64,000 nt of DNA, from positions 1,344,001-1,408,000 of the forward strand of contig CAWHDR010000001.1 of NCBI GenBank assembly GCA_963828165.1, read 5' to 3'. Shown in pieces: positions 27,613 to 37,699 of this stretch. This DNA comes from an uncultured Chloroflexia bacterium (GTDB lineage Bacteria; Chloroflexota; Limnocylindria; Limnocylindrales; CSP1-4). The notes below the pieces were generated by a model. That model was not told the DNA's origin. It did not search any database and worked only from the letters and a program-made list of their open reading frames with translations. Each line of letters begins with the position of its first letter. Positions within the stretch are counted from its first letter, which is position 1. The translations under genes and the position numbers were made by a program.

Positions 27613-30249
27613 TCACGACGAGGGTTCGGGGGCCACCGCGGGTGTGGGCGGGAGGACGTGGGTTAGCCATTCGCTGAGGCCGTTGACCCGCTCTCGCCTT
27701 TCGAGGCGATCCCAAGGACCCGGCCGTTCAGTCGTGCCTTGTCGATGGGGCTCAGGTCCTGGGCCGTCAGGACCAGGATCGGGATCGCGGACGTGGCCTT
27801 GGCGCCGCGCAGCTGCGTGACGACCTCGAACCCGTCCACCTCCGGCATCATCAGGTCGCAGATCACGAGGTCGGCACCGCCGCTCTGCGCGAGCTCGATT
27901 CCTTCCTGGCCGGATGAGGCTCGCCGGACGTGAAGCCGAGCGGACTGAGGGTGCCTTCGACGATATCAAGCGCGGCGGGATCGTCGTCGATCGCAGGACC
28001 GTCATCGACCGGGTCTTCACCTTGGTCGTGAACGTGTACCGCCCGAATCGATCGAGCAACGCATCCGGGTCGACCGGCTTCACGAGGTAGTCGACGGCGC
28101 CGAGCGCCAGGCCGACGCCGCGTTCGTCACGACGTCGCGATGATCACTGGCACGTCGCGCAGCGCCTGATCCGACTTCAGCTGGCGCAGCACCTCCCAGC
28201 CATCGATCCCGGGCAGCAGGATGTCCAAGACGATCGCCGCCGGCCGCTGGGCGCGCACGAGCGCGAGGCCGGTCTCGCCATCCGGTGCGACACGAACGCG
28301 GTGGCCGGCATTGGTGAGGTAGGTCTGGAGCAGGCGCGCGGAGCTCGCTTCATCCTCGATGACGAGGATGTCGCGAGACTTCGAGGCCGTAGGTCGCGTC
28401 GCGCAGGACGACGCCCGGGTCGGCCGGGGCCTCGATGGGGTGCCAGTCCGGGAGGATCACGGTGAAGCGTACTCCCCGATCCGACGCTCCGATTCGAGCT
28501 CGATCCGGCCGCCGTGCGCCTCGACCAGGCGCCTCGTCAGGGCGAGCCCGAGACCGGTCCCGGTGATCTGCTGCGACTGCTCGCCGACCTGGCGGAACTC
28601 CTCGAAGACGCGCAGCTGGTCCTCGGGGGCGATGCCGACGCCGTCGTCCTGGACGGTGATCCGCACCTCGCCACCTCCACGCGGAGCCGGTGACGCGGAT
28701 GCTGCCGCCCTCCGGCGTGTACTTGATCGCGTTCGACAGGAGGTTGTACAGGATCTGGCGCAGGCGCCCGGGGTCGGCATCGAGCGTGATCGCCCCGTCG
28801 ATGGATACCTCGACCGGCTGGTCGCTTGCGATCGGCCAGGGGACGCATGCCCGGCGACGGATGCCGCGAGCGCGTGACCCAGGTCGACCGGCTCGATGGC
28901 GAGCTCCAGCCGTCCGGCCTCGACCTTGGCGAGATCGAGGATGTCGTTGATCAGCGTCAGCAGGTGCTCGCCGCCGCTGCGGATGTGCTCGACCCACTCG
29001 CGTGGGACCGGGAGTGTTCCATCGACCTCTTCGAGCCCGGCCATCAGCGAGCTGAACCCGTTGATGGCGTTGAGGGGCGTCCGCAGCTCGTGGCTCATGC
29101 TCGCGAGGAAGTCGCTCTTGGCGGCACTGGCGGCCTCGAGCGCCGATACCGTGTGGGCGAGCCGCACGCTGAGCGCCTCTTGCTCGGCGAGGGCCTCGCG
29201 GCGCTGGACCAGGTGGGCCGACCGGATGCCGAGCGCCTCGACGAGGACCGCATCGTCCGCATCGAACAGGCTCGGGCGTGGGCGCAGCAGGACGACCGCG
29301 CCCATGAGCGTCTTGCTCTGGAGCGAGCGGCACGACCTTGGCGAACCGGCACTCGCTCCGTGCCGAGCAGATCCGCGATGACGGGATCCGAAAGACCGCC
29401 GCGCGTCACGCTGGCCAGGCCTCCCGCGTAGGTGTTCCCGGGCGCGACGCCGTCATTTGAGCTCGCGACGACCCGCACGTCGTCGTCGTCCTGGACGAGC
29501 ACGACCGTGGCGGCGCCGGTGAGCTGGGCGGCGGTCCTTGCCAGCTCGCCCCATAACTCGGAGGCGGGTGTCGCGGGCGACGCCGCCAGGAGACGTTCGC
29601 TGTGGCCGAAAGCGGCAGTCCCCTGCCAAAAGCGGCGCAGGTATCGGGGAGGCAGGAACGCGATCCAGTAAGCCACGGCCGCCGACAGGGCCACGACGCG
29701 GAGCACGACCCCCGCGGCCGCGGTCGCGTCCGGGCCGGCAGCCGACGACGCGATCGCGAGGAGCGATGCCGCGACGGCGGCCGTGGCCAGGGCTGCCACG
29801 GCCAGGCGGACCCGTGCCGCGCCGCTCCGGCGCCGAGCCTCGCCAACGAGGTACCCGGCCGCGACGAGCTCGGTGATCACGAAGATACCGATCCCCGCCA
29901 GGATGACCGGGATCGCGCCGCCACTGAGCACGATGGCGACGGAACTGATGGCGACGGCGCCGATCGCAAGCGGCAGCAGCCACGCGGGCAGCCCGCGGAC
30001 GTCGCTCACGAGCTTGAGGCTGAATACCGGCTGCGCGAGCAGGAAGATCGTCGAGGCGAAGCCGACCCATGTCGGGCAGGGGTCCGAGCAGGTCCGCCAG
30101 GACGCCCGTGGCCAGGAGTGCCGTGATCGGCGCGAAGACCAGCGCGACGTCGCGAGCCAGCACATCTCGATCGCGGATCGCGACCCAGACCGCCCACAGG
30201 AAGAGCAGGCCGAAGAGGACCTGGACGCGAGGGTCGGCAGATCGGACAT
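27613..30249 (-). CDS. Membrane hybrid sensor histidine kinase with two C-terminal receiver domains; frameshifted
   Basis: AKSDFLASMSHELRTPLN, NLLSNAIKYT, DDGVGI and GTGLGL; receiver motifs DILLPGIDGW and DLMMPEVDGF; multi-TM N-terminus. Ends approximate. Confidence 0.85.
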
Positions 30250-31563
30250 CAGCGCGGTGTCGTCAGCGCGGTCGGCAGGCCCTGCTGCCGGAGTCGGGGA
30301 CGGGCCGACGGCGAGGTGGCATCGGGGATGCCGCTCGACGGCACCGGGCCGACCGAGCAGAAAGCCCTGCCCTAGGTCGACGCCGAGGGACCGCAGTTGA
30401 TCGCGTTCGCCCGCCGTTTCGATGCCCTCGGCGATCAGCCGACAGCCGCTCTTCTTCGCGAAGTACACGATCCCGGCAACGAGCGCCTGACGGACGTCGT
30501 CGTGATCGATCTCGTGCACCAGCCCGATGTCGAGCTTCACGTAGTCCGGACGAAGCTCCAGGATGTGGCGAAAGCTGGCAAAGCCGGCACCGGCGTCATC
30601 GACCGCGATCCGGACGTCCGGCGCCGATGCTCGATACCGCGTCACGAATGGCGCCGTAGTTCTCGATGGCGACATGCTCGGTCACCTCGAGCACGACGGG
30701 GCGTGCATGCCCTGCGAGGCACGTCGCGGAGCAGACCCCGCTCGAACAGCAGGTCCGGCGAGACGTTGAGGCTCAGCCAGCCGCCACCCTCGAGATGCCG
30801 CGAGGCGGCGATGGCCGCCGTGAGGCACGCCGACTCGAGTTCGAGGCCCAGGCCCACCGCCTCGGCGTCTGCGAAGCGTCGGTCCGGGCGGGTGCCATCG
30901 TGAAAGCGCGTGAGCGCTTCGTAGCCCGACGGTCTCGCCCGTCGCGAGATCGAGGACTGGCTGGAACACGGGAACGAACGCGGCGTCGGCGAGGACCGCT
31001 TCGAGGTCACCGCGGACCTGTCCGTGATGCTGGCGGGACGTCATCGCGGGAGCAAGGAGCGCAGAAGCCACGGCCCCGAACGACTCGAGCGTCGGCAGTC
31101 GGGACGGCAAGGAACGGGATGCCGTCGGCGACCTCCGTGCAGACGACGATCGCACCGAGCATGGCCGTGCTCGTCCGCATCGGGACGATGGCCATCGCCG
31201 TCAGCGGGATGGCCGCGACCGCGCCGCAGAGGACGAGCCGAACCCGCCCTCGTACGGCCCGACCCAGGGCCCTGCCCCGACCCGCTCCGCCCACCCGACG
31301 GTGAGCTCGGGGGGCAACGGGCTGTTCACGCGCACGCGGACGTCCACGGACTCGTCGCGGGCCAGCGGTACCGCCTGCCCGGCCGCGTCGATGGCGACGA
31401 CCAGCACGCCGGTGAGCCCGGTCATCGCGCTCAGCTCGTCGCACACCGCCTGGGCCGTGGCCTCGGCGGATTCGCGGACTTCTAGATGGCTCAGGGCGGC
31501 GGCCTGCTGGGCCCATTGCTGTTCTCGGTCGGCCAGCGTTTGCGTGGTCGCATCGACCTGCAC
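30250..31563 (-). CDS. EAL-domain c-di-GMP phosphodiesterase with N-terminal GAF-like region; frameshifted
   Basis: PVFQP, GYEALTRF, SLNVSP, VDDAGAGFAS, VKLD, AEGIET and GQGFLLGRP. Ends approximate. Confidence 0.8.
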
Positions 31564-31696
31564 GCTCAGGTCCTGATTTCCGGCGGCGAAGCTCCTCGTG
31601 GAGCCTTCGCGTTTCGAGGAGGTTCCATACGCCGAAATGACCCGTAAGTACGCTGGAACTTGTTCCGCTATGCGAGCGTGGTCAACATGCCAGCGA

Positions 31697-32002
31697 TCAG
31701 GCGTGCGCAGGCGCCTCGAGCGTCCCGGCACGGACCTTGTCGAAGCACGAGCTGCAGTACACCGGCCGGTCGTTGCGCGGCGCGAATGGGACGACGGCCT
31801 GGCCGCCACACGCGCCGCAGATCGCCGCATGGAACTCGCGGGGACCCTCGTTGGTTCGGGCGCGCTTGGCGGCCGCTCGGCAGGACGGGCAGCGCTGCGG
31901 GTCGTTGACCAGGCTCTTGCTGGCATAGAAGGCCTGCTCGCCGGCGGAAAAGACGAATTCCTCCGCGCAATCGCGACAGGTCAACGTACGGTCTTCGTAC
32001 AC
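31697..32002 (-). CDS. Zinc-ribbon / CxxC-x17-CxxC domain protein
   Basis: DRTLTCRDC..F.FS.GEQ.FY...P.RC..CR, then C..CG...VPF.P...RPVYC..C; GGAGAGG before the GTG. Confidence 0.9.
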   Translation of the reverse strand: MYEDRTLTCRDCAEEFVFSAGEQAFYASKSLVNDPQRCPSCRAAAKRARTNEGPREFHAAICGACGGQAVVPFAPRNDRPVYCSSCFDKVRAGTLEAPAHA

Positions 32003-32321
32003 CCTCTCCAGACCCTCCTCGGCTCGCTCGCCAGGACCCGTCAAGACCACGCCCCCGTGGACCGGATCGACGGTGCGGGCGCGCCTGGCTTTGGGCGGCG
32101 GGCCCGAGGTCGGTCCGGGCGCGGCCCGGGACTCATAGCGGAGAAGATACGCGCGCCGTCAAGGCCTTTGGTCAACGTTCTTCATAGCGCGCACCGACGA
32201 TGCGTGCGAACGTCGTAGCGATCGATGCGATTCGGCCTCCAAGAGACGGACGAGCCGGGCACATTCACGCCGCCGAAGGTGACTGACCCGCAACTCGTTC
32301 CTTCGAGGGCGTGATGCGTGC

Positions 32322-32594
32322 ATGGGCCACGCTGCAACGTTCTCGATACTCGAGCGAGCGGACAATCCGAAGATGAACACGCAGCGCGCCCAGGAAGCTG
32401 CCGGACGGCACATCGAGGTGCACTTCGCCGACGAGAGCGAGCTCATCGTGGTCGATCTTGACGATGACGCCGATGCGGACGATGTCGCTGCCGCGCTCGT
32501 CAGCGGCCTCGAGGCTCCCACCGCCGATGAGGCGGAGGGTCGTCTGCAGGCAGGGCTCGAGGACGTCGGCGGTACCGTCACGCGCGCCCCGTAG
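32322..32594 (+). CDS. Small acidic hypothetical protein
   Basis: ORF in an otherwise free gap with plausible codon usage. Start may be 32373. Confidence 0.45.
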   Translation: MGHAATFSILERADNPKMNTQRAQEAAGRHIEVHFADESELIVVDLDDDADADDVAAALVSGLEAPTADEAEGRLQAGLEDVGGTVTRAP

Positions 32595-32647
32595 GCGGGT
32601 AGGCAGGCAACTCGGAACCGCGCGGGGCACAATGACGTCCCGCGCCC

Positions 32648-33568
32648 ATGTCACACCAACCACGCCGTACGGCGTCCCTCCTGATCACGCCGGCCCTCGC
32701 GATCCTGATCGCGGCCTGTAGCGTCGCCGGCGGCGCGTCCCCGGCACCCGCCAGCTCCGGATCCAGCGCAGCCCCATCCGTGACTCCCGCCCCTTCGGGC
32801 AACCCCGATTCCATCGAGCACAAGACCGGCGCCAAGGACATCCTCCTGCGCTACGAAGAGGGCGGCGGGTTCATGATGCCGGCCTTCACGGCGGCCGCGG
32901 TCCCGCACTTCACGCTCTACGGCGACGGGACCGTCATCTTCCGAAATCCGATGGCCGAAGTGCCCCCGGCCGAAGGCTCGGTCTTCAAGATGAACCCGTT
33001 GCGCACCGCCAAGCTCGATGAGGCGCAGATCCAGGAGCTGTTGCTGCTGGCCCTCAGCGAAGGAGGGCTCGCGGTCGCCCGACCCAATTACACGAACGAC
33101 ATGATCGCGGACGCTTCGACGGCGGTCTTCACGATCGAAGCCGGCGGGATCAAAAAGACCGTCTCGATCTACGCCCTCGGCCTGGAGATGGAAGGCGTCG
33201 CCGACGGCGCAGCACGCGCCGCGTTCAAGAAGCTCGCCGATCGCCTGTCCGATTTCGACCAGGGCGGCACGATCCCGACCGACGTTTACGAGCCGCAGGC
33301 CTACCGCGGCGTGCTGTTCGAAGCCCCCGGCATCGAAGCTGCCGACGTGCGCGCCTGGCCGTGGCCCGACCTTACACCGGCCGACTTCAAGATCGACGCC
33401 GACCCGAACGGCAACCAATTCCCCCACCGCACGATGACCCCCGCGGAAGTCGACCTCCTCAAGATCGCCGACTACCAGGGCGGCCTGCAGAACGTCGTCG
33501 TGACCGACCCCGACGGCAAGCCCTACACGTTCAGCCTTCGCCCGCTGCTCCCGGGCGAGACCGAGTAG
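32648..33568 (+). CDS. Hypothetical lipoprotein
   Basis: Signal peptide with LIAAC lipobox, S/P linker and globular domain (LYGDGTVI). Confidence 0.8.
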   Translation: MSHQPRRTASLLITPALAILIAACSVAGGASPAPASSGSSAAPSVTPAPSGNPDSIEHKTGAKDILLRYEEGGGFMMPAFTAAAVPHFTLYGDGTVIFRNPMAEVPPAEGSVFKMNPLRTAKLDEAQIQELLLLALSEGGLAVARPNYTNDMIADASTAVFTIEAGGIKKTVSIYALGLEMEGVADGAARAAFKKLADRLSDFDQGGTIPTDVYEPQAYRGVLFEAPGIEAADVRAWPWPDLTPADFKIDADPNGNQFPHRTMTPAEVDLLKIADYQGGLQNVVVTDPDGKPYTFSLRPLLPGETE

Positions 33569-33709
33569 GTCGTCGCAGAGCGGCTCCCGTCACCGGGTGC
33601 CTCGTGGCCTCCGCTCGCTGCGGCGCATGCGCCGACGCTCGCTCCGCCACGAGCTCACCGGGCGCCACCCGCCGGCTACCCCGATACGATGCCCACGGAG
33701 GAACGTCAG

Positions 33710-34132
33710 ATGCGCAGTGCTCTTGGGCTCGCGGCATCGGCCCTCGCCGGGCTGGCTGCGGTCATCGCCAGCCTGGACGGCGACGGAGACATCGTGCCGT
33801 TCTTCGTGGGCCTCACCTTCGCGGGTGGCGTAGCCGCGTGGGCGGCGCACCCACCGTTCGCGGGTCCCCGCGTGCGAGTCGCGAAGGCCGTCGCGCTCGT
33901 CTGGCTCGTCGCCGCGATCTGGGTTGGCGTGCTACTCCTGATGTCTCTGACGGTCTGGCAGGCCTCGGGCCCTCATCCGACACCCGACCGGTCGTACCTT
34001 GGCCTCCCGGCGACCGCGTATCACCTGGTCGGCCTGTACGGCGGCGCCGTGCTCGTTCTGCTGCTGGCTTTCGGACGCTCCGGTTGGTTCGGTGGCGCTG
34101 ATACCACCGCCCAAGCCGAATCATCGCGTTAA
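33710..34132 (+). CDS. Hypothetical 4-TM membrane protein
   Basis: Hydrophobic ORF; GGAGG precedes ATG 33710. Confidence 0.6.
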   Translation: MRSALGLAASALAGLAAVIASLDGDGDIVPFFVGLTFAGGVAAWAAHPPFAGPRVRVAKAVALVWLVAAIWVGVLLLMSLTVWQASGPHPTPDRSYLGLPATAYHLVGLYGGAVLVLLLAFGRSGWFGGADTTAQAESSR

Positions 34133-34180
34133 GAGAACAAGGGTGCGCCCGGGGACAGGACCCGCCGCAGACGACCGCCG

Positions 34181-35533
34181 TTAACTGACCTCTGCGAACC
34201 GCTCCCCCGCGTAGCTCACGAACCGCGTCTGGCGCTTCTTGAACCACAGCTGGATCTCGCCGGTGGGGCCGTTGCGGTGCTTGGCGAGCTTGAGATTGAT
34301 GACCTCGCCGTCGGTCTCCTGGTCCTCGGGGCCGCTGCGTTCCTTGTCGCGCCACAGGAACATCACGAGATCGGCGTCCTGCTCGATGGCGCCCGACTCG
34401 CGCAGGTCCGACAGCCGCGGTTCCTTGGACTCGCGCATCTCGGGCTGCCGGGACAGCTGTGACAGGGCGATGACCGGCACGCTCAGCTCGCGCGCAAGCG
34501 CCTTGAGCCCGCGCGAGATCTCCGACACCTCCTGGACCCGGTTGGCGTCGCGGTTCGTCGTGGTCGCCTGCATCAGCTGCAGGTAGTCCACGATGATCAG
34601 GTCCAGGCCCGACTCCGCCTGGAGCCGGCGCGATTTGGTCCGCAGCTCCATGGCCGAGATGTTGGGCGAGTCGTCGATGTACATCGGCGCTTCCGACAAC
34701 GAGTTCATCGCCGGTGCGATGCGCGCGAAGTCGAGCTCCTCCAGGAACCCCGAGCGGAGCCGCTGTGAGTCGATGTTGGCGACGCTCGACAGCATCCGGA
34801 GCACCAGTTGCTCCTTGCTCATCTCGAGGCTGAAGACGCCGACCGTCTTGCGCTCCTTGACCGCGGCATGCTCGGCGATGTTGAGCGCGAAGCTCGTCTT
34901 GCCGACCGACGGGCGGGCGGCGAGGACGATGAGGTCGCTCGGCTGGAGGCCGGTCGTCAGCGCATCGAGATCGGCGAAGCCCGTTCGGACGCCGGAGATC
35001 TCGCCGCGGTGCGCGTGCAGGTAGTCGAGCCGGTCGTAGGCGTCGTGCAGCAACGACTTGAGTGGCGAGAACCCCGCGTCGACGCGTTTCTGGCTGACCG
35101 CGAAGAGCTCGGACTCGGCGCGGTCGATCGCCTCCTGGATCTCGGCCGGGTCCTCGTACCCGATGCCGGCGATCCGGCCCGCGGCCCCGATGAGATTGCG
35201 CAGGACCGCCTTGCGCTCGACGATCCGCGCGTACTGGGCCGCGTGGACCGCGGTCGGGGTCTCGTTGCTGAGACTGGAGAGGTAGGCCCGCCCGCCGACC
35301 GCCTCGAGCTCCTCGCGCCGCTCGAGCGACTCCGCGACGGTGACGATGTCGATGGGCTCGCGGCGTTCGAACAGGTCGATGATCGCGGCGTAGATGCGGG
35401 CGTTGGCCTGGCGATAGAAGTCCTCCGGCCGCAGGAACTCGGCGACCTCGACCACGGCATCGCGGTCGATGAGGATCGCGCCGAGCACGGATTGCTCGGC
35501 TTCGAGACTTTGCGGCGGCAGGCGATCGATCAC
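34181..35533 (-). CDS. dnaB: Replicative DNA helicase
   Basis: PPQSLEAEQSVLG, AARPSVGKT, IIVDYLQLM, LRESGAIEQDAD and KHRNGPTG. Confidence 0.98.
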   Translation of the reverse strand: MIDRLPPQSLEAEQSVLGAILIDRDAVVEVAEFLRPEDFYRQANARIYAAIIDLFERREPIDIVTVAESLERREELEAVGGRAYLSSLSNETPTAVHAAQYARIVERKAVLRNLIGAAGRIAGIGYEDPAEIQEAIDRAESELFAVSQKRVDAGFSPLKSLLHDAYDRLDYLHAHRGEISGVRTGFADLDALTTGLQPSDLIVLAARPSVGKTSFALNIAEHAAVKERKTVGVFSLEMSKEQLVLRMLSSVANIDSQRLRSGFLEELDFARIAPAMNSLSEAPMYIDDSPNISAMELRTKSRRLQAESGLDLIIVDYLQLMQATTTNRDANRVQEVSEISRGLKALARELSVPVIALSQLSRQPEMRESKEPRLSDLRESGAIEQDADLVMFLWRDKERSGPEDQETDGEVINLKLAKHRNGPTGEIQLWFKKRQTRFVSYAGERFAEVS

Positions 35534-35927
35534 GGTACGGCAGGTCTCCGACGGGACGGGTTGGGGGCGTCATCATCGGCGGGCGAACCCGGGATCAGGT
35601 CAACGAAGCAATCAAACTCCGCTCCTCGCGTCCACGTGAATCCCCCGACTGTGGGCGACCTGTGGACCATTTCGTGGATATCCCCAGTTGTCCGAGCGGT
35701 CGAAAAGAGGGTGGTCGTTCACCAAAGGCAAAAGCGAGCGGGCAGGCGTCGAGCGAACCGAGAATCCGGCCGCCGGACGGTCGAGGCAAAGGCGGCGTGA
35801 GCACGAGAGCGAGCGACGGCCCCGAGGTCCGAGGCGACGCTCCGCTAGCCATCGGCCCGAGGGTTCCTGCGTGAGCGAACGCGCGGAGCCGCCCAACGCG
35901 GGCATCACGCGTCCAGCGCCGCCGCCC

Positions 35928-36578
35928 TCAGTCGAGCTTGCGGATGACGCCGATCAGTTTCCCCTGAATGCGGACGTCGTCATAGAACTGCGGGGGATAG
36001 GCCTGGTTAGCTGGCTGGAGACGGATCTTGTCCTTCTCCTTGAAGAAGCGCTTGAGGGTGACCGCGTTCTCCTCCACCTGGGCGACCACGATGTCGCCGT
36101 TGCGGGCGGTGGACTGCGGGCGGATGAGGACGAAGTCGCCGTCCGTGATGTGCGCCTCGATCATCGAGTCGCCGCGGACGCGCAGCACGTAGGCGTCGCC
36201 GCTGGGGGCGAGCATGTCCGGGACCGACATGGACTCCGAGGCGTCCTGATAGGCCTCGATCGGACCGCCGGCAGCGATCTCACCGATGATCGGGACGATG
36301 AACGAGTCCGGCGTGGTGGCCTGCGGCACGAGTTCGCTGGACAGACCCAGCCGGATCGCCGCCGTGGGCGTCAGGCGGATGGCCCGGCTTTGCGCGGCGC
36401 CGCGCTCCAGGTAGCCGTCGCGTTCCAGGATCTGCAGGTGGTGGTGGACCGCGGACGTGGAGGCGAGTCCGACGGCTTGGGCGATCTCTCGCACGGACGG
36501 CGGGTAGCCGCGGGCGCGCAGGGTCGCGGCGATGAAATCGAGGATCCTGACCTTGCGCTCGGCGTCGTGCTTCGTCAC
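35928..36578 (-). CDS. lexA: SOS repressor LexA
   Basis: GYPPSVREI, IAAG cleavage site, GDSM and TLKRF; AAGGAGG before GTG 36578. Confidence 0.97.
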   Translation of the reverse strand: MTKHDAERKVRILDFIAATLRARGYPPSVREIAQAVGLASTSAVHHHLQILERDGYLERGAAQSRAIRLTPTAAIRLGLSSELVPQATTPDSFIVPIIGEIAAGGPIEAYQDASESMSVPDMLAPSGDAYVLRVRGDSMIEAHITDGDFVLIRPQSTARNGDIVVAQVEENAVTLKRFFKEKDKIRLQPANQAYPPQFYDDVRIQGKLIGVIRKLD

Positions 36579-36596
36579 TCGCGCCTCCTTGCCCTG

Positions 36597-36625
36597 CATG
36601 ATACCGAACGGACGTTCGATGTCAA
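36597..36625 (-). promoter_or_regulatory. lexA promoter with LexA (SOS) box between -35 and -10
   Basis: Minus strand TTGACA-tcGAACgtccGTTCgg-TATCAT; box at 36605-36618. Confidence 0.9.
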
Positions 36626-36725
36626 GGCCGGCCCCTCAGGCCGAGATGCCATCGCTGGTAGACTCCCCGTCCCGCGTCGCCCACGAATGCGGTCCGCCAC
36701 GTACCCAGGGAGTCGAAGAGCGAGC

Positions 36726-37223
36726 ATGGCCAAGGGAAAGAGTCCCGGATGGGTCGGCTTCAGCCGGATGGTGTCGCTGCTGGCGTTCCTGCCGGTCGCT
36801 ACCCGCATCCCGGACTATGCCCGGCTGATCACGGCCCTCGTGTTCGATGAGCGGATGCCGAAGGACCGCAAGGTCCTGCTCGGTGCCGCTGCCGGCTACA
36901 TGGTCCTCGGGCGCGACATCGTGCCCGACAGCCTGCCCATCCTCGGTGGCCTCGACGACGTCGTCGTCGTCGTCCTGGCGGTCGACCTCTTCCTCGACGG
37001 CGTTCCGCCGGAGCTCCTCCACGAGAAGCTCGACGACCTCGGTATCGACCGCGTGGCCTTCGACCGCGACATCGCGCAGATCCGGCGCTTGACGCCAGGC
37101 CCCGTCCGTCGGACCATCCGGCGGGTCCCCGCCCTCATGGCCGGCGCGGGGCGTGCCATCGAACGATCCGGACTCGTGCCGCGCGTGCGGGCCTGGGTCA
37201 CCAAGGAGGGTCCCAGCACTTGA
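36726..37223 (+). CDS. DUF1232/YkvA family protein
   Basis: D.R.P...K......Y.....DIVPD.LPILG.LDD motif. Confidence 0.85.
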   Translation: MAKGKSPGWVGFSRMVSLLAFLPVATRIPDYARLITALVFDERMPKDRKVLLGAAAGYMVLGRDIVPDSLPILGGLDDVVVVVLAVDLFLDGVPPELLHEKLDDLGIDRVAFDRDIAQIRRLTPGPVRRTIRRVPALMAGAGRAIERSGLVPRVRAWVTKEGPST

Positions 37224-37666
37224 AGGTCATCCTGACCAGCGACGTAGACAAGCTCGGCAAGAGCGGCGAGATGAAGCAGGTCTCGGACGGCTACGCGACC
37301 AACTTCCTGATCCCGCAAGGGGTCGCCGTGCCCGCCGCCGGGGGGGCTTACCGCGCGTGGCAGCACGACATCGCCAACCGCGAGGACAAGCGGAAGAAGG
37401 AACGCGAGGAAGCCGAGATCGCCGCGACCCGCATCGCCAGCACGACCCTGACGATGGGCGTGAAGGTCGGCGAGGGCGGCAAGCTCTACGGCTCGATCAC
37501 GTCGAAGGACATCGCCGACGCGCTCGCGCGGCGCGGCATCGAGGTCGACCGCCACAAGATCGACCTGGAGGAGCCCCTGAAGTCGCTCGGCACGTACAAG
37601 GTCGCGATCAAGGTGTTCACGGGGATGACCCCCGAGGTCACGATCGTGGTGGAGCCCAAGGGCTGA
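37220..37666 (+). CDS. rplI: 50S ribosomal protein L9
   Basis: MKVIL..DV..LGK.G....V.DGYA.NFLIP, GKLYGSIT and PLKSLG. Confidence 0.98.
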   Translation: MKVILTSDVDKLGKSGEMKQVSDGYATNFLIPQGVAVPAAGGAYRAWQHDIANREDKRKKEREEAEIAATRIASTTLTMGVKVGEGGKLYGSITSKDIADALARRGIEVDRHKIDLEEPLKSLGTYKVAIKVFTGMTPEVTIVVEPKG

Positions 37667-37699
37667 CCGAACGGTCCCAGCCGTTGCGCTTCGGGCGGC

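Noticed and set aside
29095-30675. Apparent EAL-histidine-kinase fusion ORF (526 aa)
   Set aside because: The ORF moves in and out of the true frames in an indel-rich region, so fusion versus two genes cannot be resolved without reads.
31655-31666. GGAAC-TT-GTTCC palindrome as a LexA box
   Set aside because: Spacer is 2 nt rather than 4. It could be another operator, but there is no support.
35534-35927. Replication origin
   Set aside because: No dnaA/dnaN nearby, no AT-rich unwinding element, and only weak boxes.
35688-36725. N-terminal part of the 511-aa plus-strand ORF
   Set aside because: Antisense shadow of lexA; only the DUF1232 part from 36726 is credible.
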